From: Eledone cirrhosa
Taxonomy: Eukaryota
Reading direction: 5' to 3'
Length of the DNA: 64,000 nucleotides
Assembly: GCA_964016885.1 (NCBI GenBank)
Contig: OZ024752.1
Span: forward strand, 29,884,001 to 29,948,000
The notes under the pieces are model-generated. The model was given only the letters and a program-made list of their open reading frames with translations. It had not been told where the DNA came from and did not search any database. Of this stretch, positions 1 to 12,500 are shown piece by piece. How positions within the stretch are numbered: position 1 is the first letter of the stretch; the number at the start of each line of letters is the position of its first letter. Position numbers and translations under genes: made by a program.

Positions 1-3000
1 ATGGTAATATTGTAGATGTGGGATGTGAGGTCACTGGAATAGATTGGCAGAGATGGTAATATTGTAGATGTGGGATGTGTGGACACTGTAATAGGTTGCC
101 AGAGATGGTAATGTTGTAGATGTGGGATGTGAGGTCACTGTAATAGATTGTCAGAGATGGTAATGTTGTAGATGTAGGATGTGTGGTCACTGTAATAGAT
201 TGCCAGAGATGGTAATGTTGTAGATGTGGGATGTGTGGTCACTGTAATAGATTGGCAGAGATGGTAATGTTGTAGATGTGGGATGTGAGGTCACTGTAAT
301 AGATTGGCAGAGATGGTAATATTGTAGATGTAGGATGTGTGGTCACTGTAATAGATTGGCAGAGATGGTAATGTTGTAGATGTAGGATGTGTGGTCACTG
401 TAGTAGATTGCCAGAGATGGTAATGTTGTAGATGTGGGATGTTTGGCCACTGTAATAGATTGGCAGAGATGGTAATATTGTAGATGTGGGATGTGTGGTC
501 ACTGTAATAGATTGGCAGAAATGGTAATATTGTAGATGTGGGATGTGTGGTCACTGTAATAGGTTACCAGAGATGATAATGTTGTAGATGTGGGATGTGA
601 GGTCACTGTAATAGATTGGCAGAGATGGTAATGTTGTAGATGTGGGATGTGTGGTCACCTTAATAGATTGCCAGAGATGGTAATATTGTAGATGTGGGAT
701 GTGTGGTCACTGTAATAGATTGGTAGAGATGGTAATATTGTAGATGTGGGATGTGTGGTCACTGTAATAGATTGGCAGAGATGGTAATGTTGTAGATGTG
801 GGATGTGTGGTCACCGTAATAGATTGCCAGAGATGGTAATATTGTAGATGTGGGATGTGTGGTCACTGTAATAGATTGGCAGAGATGGTAATGTTGTAGA
901 TGTGGGATGTGTGGTCACTTTAATAGGTTGCCAGAGATGGTAATATTGTAGATGTGGGATGTGTGGTCACTGTAATAGCTTGCCAGAGATGGTAATATTG
1001 TAGATGTGGGATGTGTGGTCACCGTAATAGATTGCCAGAGATGGTAATATTGTAGATGTGGGATGTGTAGTCACTGTAATAGATTGCCAGAGATGGTAAT
1101 ATTGTAGATGTGGGATGTGTGGTCACTGTAATAGATTGGCAGAGATGGTAATATTGTAGATGTGGGATGTGTGGTCATGGTAATAGGTTGCCAGAGATGG
1201 TAATATTGTAGATGTGGGATGTGTGGTCACCGTAATAGATTGGCAGAGATGGTAATGTTGTAGATGTGGGATGTGTGGTGACTGTAATAGATTGCCAGAG
1301 ATGGTAATGTTGTAGATGTGGGATGTGTGGTCACCGTAATAGATTGCCAGAGATGGTAATATTGTAGATGTGGGATGTGTAGTCACTGTAATAGATTGCC
1401 AGAGATGGTAATATTGTAGATGTGGGATGTGTGGTCACTGTAATAGATTGGCAGAGATGGTAATATTGTAGATGTGGGATGTGTGGTCATGGTAATAGGT
1501 TGCCAGAGATGGTAATATTGTAGATGTGGGATGTGTGGTCACCGTAATAGATTGGCAGAGATGGTAATGTTGTAGATGTGGGATGTGTGGTGACTGTAAT
1601 AGATTGCCAGAGATGGTAATGTTGTAGATGTGGGATGTGTGGCCACTGTAATAGATTGCCAGAGATGGTAATATTGCAGATGAGGGATGTGTGGTCACTG
1701 TAATAGATTGCCAGAGATGGTAATGTTGTAGATGTGGGATGTGTGGTCACTGTAATAGATTGGCAGAGATGGTAATGTTGTAGATGTAGGATGTGTGGTC
1801 ACTGTAATAGATTGCCAGAGATGGTAATGTTGTAGATGTGGGATGTGTGGTCACTGTAATAGATTGGCAGAGATAGTAATATTGCAGATGAGGGATGTGT
1901 GGTCACTGTAATAGATTGCCAGAGATGGTAATATTGTAGATGTGGGATGTGTGGTCACTGTAATAGATTGCTAGAGATGGTAATATTGTAGATGTGGGAT
2001 GTGTGGCCACTGTAATAGATTGCCAGAGATGGTAATATTGTAGATGTGGGATGTGTGGTCACTGTAATAGATTGGCAGAGATGGTAATATTGTAGATGTG
2101 GGATGTGAGGTCACTGTAATAGATTGCCAGAGATGGTAATGTTGTAGATGTGGGATGTGAGGTCACTGTAATAGATTGCCAGAGATGGTACTGTTGTAGA
2201 TGTGGTATGTGAGGTCACTGTAATAGATTGGCAGAGATGGTAATGTTGTAGATGTGGGATGTGTGGTCACCGTAATAGATTGCCAGAGATGGTAATATTG
2301 TAGATGTGGGATGTGTGGTCACCGTAATAGATTGCCAGAGATGGTAATGTTGTAGATGTGGGATGTGTGGTCACTGTAATGGGTTGCCAGAGATGGTAAT
2401 GTTGTAGATGTGGGATGTGTGGCCACTGTAATAGATTGGCAGAGATGGTAATATTGTAGATGTGGGATGTGTGGTCACTGTAATAGGTTGCCAGAGATGG
2501 TAATGTTGTAGATGTGGGATGTGTGGCCACTGTAATAGATTGGCAGAGATGGTAATATTGTAGATGTGGGATGTGTGGTCACTGTAATAGATTGGTAGAG
2601 ATGGTAATATTGTAGATGTGGGATGTGTGGTCACTGTAATAGATTGCCAGAGATGGTAATATTGTAGATGTGGGATGTTTGGCCACTGTAATAGATTGGC
2701 AAAGATGGTAATATTGTAGATGTGGGATGTGTGGTCACTGTAATAGTTTGGCAGAGATGGTAATGTTGTAGATGTGGGATGTGTGGTCACTGTAATAGGT
2801 TGCCAGAGATGGTAATGTTGTAGATGTGGGATGTGTGGTCACTGTAATAGGTTGCCAGAGATGGTAATGTTGTAGATGTGGGATGTGTGGTCACTGTAAT
2901 AGATTGGCAGAGATGGTAATATTGTAGATATGGGATGTGTGGTCACTGTAATAGATTGGCAGAGATGGTAATATTGTAGATGTGGGATGTGTGGTCACTG

Positions 3001-4380
3001 TAATAGGGTGCCAGAGATGGTAATGTTGTAGATGTGGGATGTGTGGTCACTGTAATAGATTGGCAGAGATGGTAATATTGTAGATGTGGGATGTGAGGTC
3101 ACTGGAATAGATTGGCAGAGATGGTAATATTGTAGATGTGGGATGTGTGGACACTGTAATAGGTTGCCAGAGATGGTAATGTTGTAGATGTGGGATGTGA
3201 GGTCACTGTAATAGATTGTCAGAGATGGTAATGTTGTAGATGTAGGATGTGTGGTCACTGTAATAGATTGCCAGAGATGGTAATGTTGTAGATGTGGGAT
3301 GTGTGGTCACTGTAATAGATTGGCAGAGATGGTAATGTTGTAGATGTGGGATGTGAGGTCACTGTAATAGATTGGCAGAGATGGTAATATTGTAGATGTA
3401 GGATGTGTGGTCACTGTAATAGATTGGCAGAGATGGTAATGTTGTAGATGTAGGATGTGTGGTCACTGTAGTAGATTGCCAGAGATGGTAATGTTGTAGA
3501 TGTGGGATGTTTGGCCACTGTAATAGATTGGCAGAGATGGTAATATTGTAGATGTGGGATGTGTGGTCACTGTAATAGATTGGCAGAAATGGTAATATTG
3601 TAGATGTGGGATGTGTGGTCACTGTAATAGGTTACCAGAGATGATAATGTTGTAGATGTGGGATGTGAGGTCACTGTAATAGATTGGCAGAGATGGTAAT
3701 GTTGTAGATGTGGGATGTGTGGTCACCTTAATAGATTGCCAGAGATGGTAATATTGTAGATGTGGGATGTGTGGTCACTGTAATAGATTGGTAGAGATGG
3801 TAATATTGTAGATGTGGGATGTGTGGTCACTGTAATAGATTGGCAGAGATGGTAATGTTGTAGATGTGGGATGTGTGGTCACCGTAATAGATTGCCAGAG
3901 ATGGTAATATTGTAGATGTGGGATGTGTGGTCACTGTAATAGATTGGCAGAGATGGTAATGTTGTAGATGTGGGATGTGTGGTCACTTTAATAGGTTGCC
4001 AGAGATGGTAATATTGTAGATGTGGGATGTGTGGTCACTGTAATAGCTTGCCAGAGATGGTAATATTGTAGATGTGGGATGTGTGGTCACCGTAATAGAT
4101 TGCCAGAGATGGTAATATTGTAGATGTGGGATGTGTAGTCACTGTAATAGATTGCCAGAGATGGTAATATTGTAGATGTGGGATGTGTGGTCACTGTAAT
4201 AGATTGGCAGAGATGGTAATATTGTAGATGTGGGATGTGTGGTCATGGTAATAGGTTGCCAGAGATGGTAATATTGTAGATGTGGGATGTGTGGTCACCG
4301 TAATAGATTGGCAGAGATGGTAATGTTGTAGATGTGGGATGTGTGGTGACTGTAATAGATTGCCAGAGATGGTAATGTTG
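1..4380 (+). repeat. Higher-order duplication with 3,068-bp (59-monomer) offset: ~1-1,300 repeated at ~3,069-4,380
   Basis: Rare variants recur at +3068: TCACTGGAAT at 31 and 3099, followed in the same order by GGACAC, TTGTCAG, GCAGAAAT and CACCTTA. Identical ORFs occur at 291 and 3359. Confidence 0.92.
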
Positions 4381-6599
4381 TAGATGTGGGATGTGTGGCC
4401 ACTGTAATAGATTGCCAGAGATGGTAATGTTATAGATGTGGGATGTGTGGCCACTGTAATAGATTGCCAGAGATGGTAATGTTGTAGATGTGGGATGTGT
4501 GGTCACTGTAATAGATTGCCAGAGATGGTAATATTGCAGATGAGGGATGTGTGGTCACTGTAATAGATTACCAGAGATGGTAATGTTGTAGATGTGGGAT
4601 GTGTGGCCACTGTAATAGATTGCCAGAGATGGTAATGTTGTAGATGTGGGATGTGTGGTCACTGTAATAGATTGGCAGAGATGGTAATATTGTAGATGTG
4701 GGATGTGTGGTCACTGTAATAGATTGCCAGAGATGGTAATGTTGTAGATGTGGGATGTGTGGTCACTGTAATAGATTGGCAGAGATGGTAATGTTGTAGA
4801 TGTAGGATGTGTGGTCACTGTAATAGATTGGCAGAGATGGTAATGTTGTAGATGTGGCATGTGTGGTCACTGTAATAGATTGGCAGAGATGGTAATGTTG
4901 TAGATGTGGGATGTGAGGTCACTGTAATAGATTGCCAGAGATCGTAATATTGTAGATGTGGGATGTGTGGTCACTGTAATAGATTGCCAGAGATGGTAAT
5001 GTTGTAGATGTGGGATGTGTGGTCACTGTAATAGATTGGCAGAGATGGTAATATTGTAGATGTGGCATGTGTGGTCACTGTAATAGATTGGCAGAGATGG
5101 TAATATTGTAGATGTGGGGTGTGTGGCCACTGTAATAGATTGGCAGAGATGGTAATATTGTAGATGTGGGATGTGTGGTCACTGTAATAGATTGGCAGAG
5201 ATGGTAATGTTGTAGATGTGGGATGTGTGGTCACTGTAATAGATTGCCAGAGATGGTAATATTGTAGATGTGGGATGTGTTTGCCACTGTAATAGATTGC
5301 CAGAGATGGTAATATTGTAGATGTGGGATGTGTGGCCACTGTAATAGATTACCAGAGATGGTAATATTGTAGATGTGGGATGTTTGGCCACTGTAATAGA
5401 TTGCCAGAGATGGTAATATGGTAGGTGTGGGATGTGTGGCAACTGTAATAGATTGGCAAAGATGATAATATTGTAGATGTGGCATGTGAGGTCACTGTAA
5501 TAGATTGGCAGAGATGGTAATATTGTAGATGTGGGATGTGTGGCCACTGTAATAGATTGGCAAAGATGGTAATATTGTAGATGTGGGATGTGAGGTCACT
5601 GTAATAGATTGCCAGTGATGGTAATGTTGTAGATGTGGGATGTGTGGTCACTGTAATAGATTGGCAGAGATGGTAATGTTGTAGATGTGGGATGTGTGGT
5701 CACTGTAATAGATTGCCAGAGATGGTAATGTTGTAGATGTGGGATGTGTGGTCACTGTAATAGATTGCCAGAGATGGTAATATTGTAGATGTGGGATGTG
5801 TGGTCACTGTAATAGATTGGCAGAGATGGTAATGTTGTAGATGTGGGATGTGAGGTCACTGTAATAGATTGGCAGAGATGGTAATGTTGTCGATGTGGGA
5901 TGTTTGGCCACTGTAATAGATTGGCATAGATGGTAATATTGTAGATGTGGGATGTGTGGTCACCGTAATAGATTGCCAGAGATGGTAATATTGTAGATGT
6001 GGGATGTGTGGTCACCGTAATAGAATTGGCAGCGATGGTAATGTTGTAGATGTGGGATGTGTGGTCACTGTAATAGATTGCCAGAGATGGTAATGTTGTA
6101 GATGTGGGATGTTTGGCCACTGTAATAGATTGCCAGAGATGGTAATATTGTAGATGTGGGATGTGTGGTCACCGTAATAGATTGCCAGAGATGGTAATAT
6201 TGTAGATGTGGGATGTGTGGTCACTGTAATAGATTGGCAGAGATGGTAATGTTGTAGATGTGGGGTGTGGGGTCACTGTAATAGATTGCCAGAGATGGTA
6301 ATATTGTAGATGTGGGATGTGTGGTCACTGTAATAGATTGGCAGAGATGGTAATGTTGTACATGTGGGATGTGTGGTCACTGTAATAGATTGGCAGAGAT
6401 GGTAATGTTGTAGATGTGGGATGTTTGGCCACTGTAATAGATTGGCAGAGATGGTAATATTGTAGATGTGGGATGTGTGGTAACCGTAATAGATTGCCAG
6501 AGATGGTAATATTGTAGATGTGGGATGTGTGGTCACCGTAATAGATTGGCAGAGATGGTAATGTTGTAGATGTGGGGTGTGTGGTCACTGTAATAGATT

Positions 6600-9500
6600 G
6601 CCAGAGATGGTAATATTGTAGATGTGGGATGTGTGGTCACTGTAATAGATTGGCAGAGATGGTAATGTTGTAGATGTGGGGTGTGTGGTCACTGTAATAG
6701 ATTGCCAGAGATGGTAATATTGTAGATGTGGTATGTGAAGTCACTGTAATAGGTTGCCAGAGATGGTAATATTGTAGATGTGGGATGTGTGGTCACCGTA
6801 ATAGATTGCCAGAGATGGTAATATTGTAGATGTGGGATGTGTGGTCACTGTAATAGATTGGCAGAGATGGTAATGTTGTAGATGTGGGATGTGTGGTCAC
6901 TGTAATAGATTGCCAGAGATGGTAAAGTTGTAGATGTGGGATGTGTGGTCACTGTAATAGACTGCCAGAGATGGTAATATTGTAGATGTGGGATGTGTGG
7001 TCACTGTAATAGATTGCCAGAGATGGTAATGTTGTAGATGTGGGATGTGAGGTCACTGTAATAGATTGGCAGAGATGGTAATATTGTAGATGTGGGATGT
7101 GTGGTCACTGTAATAGATTGCCAGAGATGGTAATGTTGTAGATGTGGGATGTGTGGTCACTGTAATAGATTGGCAGAGATGGTAATATTGTAGATGTGGG
7201 ATGTGTGGTCACTGTAATAGATTGCCAGAGATGGTAATGTTGTAGATGTGGGATGTGTGGTCACTATAATAGATTGGCAGAGATGGTAATATTGTAGATG
7301 TGGGATGTGTGGTCACTGTAATAGATTGCCAGAGATGGTAATGTTGTAGATGTGGGATGTGTGGTCACTGTAATAGATTGGCAGAGATGGTAATGTTGTA
7401 GATGTGGGATGTGAGGTCACTGTAATAGATTGGTAGAGATGGTAATATTGTAGATGTGGGATGTGAGGTCACTGTAATAGATTGGTAGAGATGGTAATAT
7501 TGTAGATGTGGGATGTGAGGTCACTGTAATAGATTGGTAGAGATGGTAATATTGTAGATGTGGGATGTGTGGTCACTGTAATAGATTGGCAGAGATGGTA
7601 ATATTGTAGATGTGGGATGTGTGGTCACTGTAATAGATTGCCAAAGATGGTAATGTTGTAGGTGTGGGATGTTTGGTCACTGTAATAGATTGGCAAAGAT
7701 GGTAATATTGTAGATGTAGGATGTGTGGTCACCGTAATAGATTACCAGAGATGGTAATATTGTAGATGTGGGATGTGTGGTCACTGTAATAGATTGCCAG
7801 AGATGGTAATATTGTAGATGTGGGATGTGTGGTCACTGTAATAGATTGCCAGCGATGGTAATGTTGTAGATGTGGGATGTGTGGCCACTGTAATAGATTG
7901 CCAGAGATGGTAATATTGTAGATGTTGGATGTTTGGTCACAGTAATAGGTTGCCAGAGATGGTAATATTGTAGATGTGGGATGTGTGGTCACTGTAATAG
8001 ATTGCCAGAGATGGTAATGTTGTAGATGTGGGATGTGTGGTCACTGTAATAGATTGCCAGAGATGGTAATGTTGTAGATGTGGGATGTGTGGCCACTGTA
8101 ATAGATTGCCAGAGATGGTAATATTGTAGATGTGGGATGTGTGGTCACTGTAATAGATTGCCAGAGATGGTAATGTTGTAGATGTGGGATGTGTGGTCAC
8201 TGTAATAGGTTACCAGAGATGGTAATATTGTAGATGTGGGATGTGTGGTCACTGTAATAGATTGGCAAAGATGGTAATACTGTAGATGTAGGATGTGTGG
8301 TCACCGTAATAGATTACCAGAGATGGTAATATTGTAGATGTGGGATGTGTGGTCACTGTAATAGGTTACCAGAGATGATAATGTTGTAGATGTGGGATGT
8401 GAGGTCACTGTAATAGATTGGCAGAGATGGTAATGTTGTAGGTGTGGGATGTGTGGTCACCGTAATAGATTGCCAGAGATGGTAATATTGTAGATGTGGG
8501 ATGTGTGGTCACTGTAATAGATTGGCAGAGATGGTAATATTGTAGATCTGGGATGTGTGGTCACTGTAATAGATTGGCAGAGATGGTAATGTTGTAGATG
8601 TGGGATGTGTGGTCACCGTAATAGATTGCCAGAGATGGTAATATTGTAGATGTAGGATGTGTGGTCACTGTAATAGATTGGCAGAGATGGTAATGTTGTA
8701 GATGTGGGATGTGTGGTCACTTTAATAGGTTGCCAGAGATGGTAATATTGTAGATGTGGGATGTGTAGTCACTGTAATAGATTGCCAGAGATGGTAATAT
8801 TGTAGATGTGGGATGTGTGGTCACCGTAATAGATTGCCAGAGATGGTAATATTGTAGATGTGGGATGTGTGGTCACCGTAATAGATTGGCAGAGATGGTA
8901 ATGTTGTAGATGTGGGGTGTGTGGTCACTGTAATAGATTGCCAGAGATGGTAATATTGTTGATGTGGGATGTGTGGTCACTGTAGTAGATTGGCAGAGAT
9001 GGTAATGTTGTAGATGTGGGGTGTGTGGTCACTGTAATAGATTGCCAGAGATGGTAATATTGTAGATGTGGTATGTGAAGTCACTGTAATAGGTTGCCAG
9101 AGATGGTAATATTGTAGATGTGGGATGTGTGGTCACCGTAATAGATTGCCAGAGATGGTAATATTGTAGATGTGGGATGTGTGGTCACTGTAATAGATTG
9201 GCAGAGATGGTAATGTTGTAGATGTGGGATGTGTGGTCACTGTAATAGATTGCCAGAGATGGTAATGTTGTAGATGTGGGATGTGTGGTCACTGTAATAG
9301 ATTGCCAGAGATGGTAATATTGTAGATGTGGGATGTGTGGTCACTGTAATAGATTGCCAGAGATGGTAATGTTGTAGATGTGGGATGTGAGGTCACTGTA
9401 ATAGATTGGCAGAGATGGTAATATTGTAGATGTGGGATGTGTGGTCACTGTAATAGATTGCCAGAGATGGTAATGTTGTAGATGTGGGATGTGTGGTCAC

Positions 9501-12500
9501 TGTAATAGATTGGCAGATATGGTAATATTGTAGATGTGGGATGTGTGGTCACTGTAATAGATTGCCAGAGATGGTAATGTTGTAGATGTGGGATGTGTGG
9601 TCACTATAATAGATTGGCAGAGATGGTAATATTGTAGATGTGGAATGTGTGGTCACTGTAATAGATTGCCAGAGATGGTAATGTTGTAGATGTGGGATGT
9701 GTGGTCACTGTAATAGATTGGCAGAGATGGTAATGTTGTAGATGTGGGATGTGAGGTCACTGTAATAGATTGGTAGAGATGGTAATATTGTAGATGTGGG
9801 ATGTGAGGTCACTGTAATAGATTGGTAGAGATGGTAATATTGTAGATGTGGGATGTGAGGTCACTGTAATAGATTGGTAGAGATGGTAATATTGTAGATG
9901 TGGGATGTGTGGTCACTGTAATAGATTGGCAGAGATGGTAATATTGTAGATGTGGGATGTGTGGTCACTGTAATAGATTGCCAAAGATGGTAATGTTGTA
10001 GGTGTGGGATGTTTGGTCACTGTAATAGATTGGCAAAGATGGTAATATTGTAGATGTAGGATGTGTGGTCACCGTAATAGATTACCAGAGATGGTAATAT
10101 TGTAGATGTGGGATGTGTGGTCACTGTAATAGATTGCCAGAGATGGTAATATTGTAGATGTGGGATGTGTGGTCACTGTAATAGATTGGCAAAGATGGTA
10201 ATACTGTAGATGTAGGATGTGTGGTCACCGTAATAGATTACCAGAGATGGTAATATTGTAGATGTGGGATGTGTGGTCACTGTAATAGGTTACCAGAGAT
10301 GATAATGTTGTAGATGTGGGATGTGAGGTCACTGTAATAGATTGGCAGAGATGGTAATGTTGTAGGTGTGGGATGTGTGGTCACCGTAATAGATTGCCAG
10401 AGATGGTAATATTGTAGATGTGGGATGTGTGGTCACTGTAATAGATTGGCAGAGATGGTAATATTGTAGATCTGGGATGTGTGGTCACTGTAATAGATTG
10501 GCAGAGATGGTAATGTTGTAGATGTGGGATGTGTGGTCACCGTAATAGATTGCCAGAGATGGTAATATTGTAGATGTGGGATGTGTGGTCACTGTAATAG
10601 ATTGGCAGAGATGGTAATGTTGTAGATGTGGGATGTGTGGTCACTTTAATAGGTTGCCAGAGATGGTAATATTGTAGATGTGGGACGTGTGGTCACTGTA
10701 ATAGCTTGCCAGAGATGGTAATATTGTAGATGTGGGATGTGTGGTCACCGTAATAGATTGCCAGAGATGGTAATATTGTAGATGTGGGATGTGTAGTCAC
10801 TATAATAGATTGCCAGAGATGGTAATATTGTAGATGTGGGATGTGTGGTCACCGTAATAGATTGCCAGAGATGGTAATATTGTAGATGTGGGATGTGTGG
10901 TCACCGTAATAGATTGGCAGAGATGGTAATGTTGTAGATGTGGGGTGTGTGGTCACTGTAATAGATTGCCAGAGATGGTAATATTGTTGATGTGGGATGT
11001 GTGGTCACTGTAGTAGATTGGCAGAGATGGTAATGTTGTAGATGTGGGGTGTGTGGTCACTGTAATAGATTGCCAGAGATGGTAATATTGTAGATGTGGT
11101 ATGTGAAGTCACTGTAATAGGTTGCCAGAGATGGTAATATTGTAGATGTGGGATGTGTGGTCACCGTAATAGATTGCCAGAGATGGTAATATTGTAGATG
11201 TGGGATGTGTGGTCACTGTAATAGATTGGCAGAGATGGTAATGTTGTAGATGTGGGATGTGTGGTCACTGTAATAGATTGCCAGAGATGGTAATGTTGTA
11301 GATGTGGGATGTGTGGTCACTGTAATAGATTGCCAGAGATGGTAATATTGTAGATGTGGGATGTGTGGTCACTGTAATAGATTGCCAGAGATGGTAATGT
11401 TGTAGATGTGGGATGTGAGGTCACTGTAATAGATTGGCAGAGATGGTAATATTGTAGATGTGGGATGTGTGGTCACTGTAATAGATTGCCAGAGATGGTA
11501 ATGTTGTAGATGTGGGATGTGTGGTCACTGTAATAGATTGGCAGAGATGGTAATATTGTAGATGTGGGATGTGTGGTCACTGTAATAGATTGCCAGAGAT
11601 GGTAATGTTGTAGATGTGGGATGTGTGGTCACTATAATAGATTGGCAGAGATGGTAATATTGTAGATGTGGAATGTGTGGTCACTGTAATAGATTGCCAG
11701 AGATGGTAATGTTGTAGATGTGGGATGTGTGGTCACTGTAATAGATTGGCAGAGATGGTAATGTTGTAGATGTGGGATGTGAGGTCACTGTAATAGATTG
11801 GTAGAGATGGTAATATTGTAGATGTGGGATGTGAGGTCACTGTAATAGATTGGTAGAGATGGTAATATTGTAGATGTGGGATGTGAGGTCACTGTAATAG
11901 ATTGGTAGAGATGGTAATATTGTAGATGTGGGATGTGTGGTCACTGTAATAGATTGGCAGAGATGGTAATATTGTAGATGTGGGATGTGTGGTCACTGTA
12001 ATAGATTGCCAAAGATGGTAATGTTGTAGGTGTGGGATGTTTGGTCACTGTAATAGATTGGCAAAGATGGTAATATTGTAGATGTAGGATGTGTGGTCAC
12101 CGTAATAGATTACCAGAGATGGTAATATTGTAGATGTGGGATGTGTGGTCACTGTAATAGATTGCCAGAGATGGTAATATTGTAGATGTGGGATGTGTGG
12201 TCACTGTAATAGATTGCCAGCGATGGTAATGTTGTAGATGTGGGATGTGTGGCCACTGTAATAGATTGCCAGAGATGGTAATATTGTAGATGTGGGATGT
12301 TTGGTCACAGTAATAGGTTGCCAGAGATGGTAATATTGTAGATGTGGGATGTGTGGTCACTGTAATAGATTGCCAGAGATGGTAATGTTGTAGATGTGGG
12401 ATGTGTGGTCACTGTAATAGATTGCCAGAGATGGTAATGTTGTAGATGTGGGATGTGTGGCCACTGTAATAGATTGCCAGAGATGGTAATATTGTAGATG

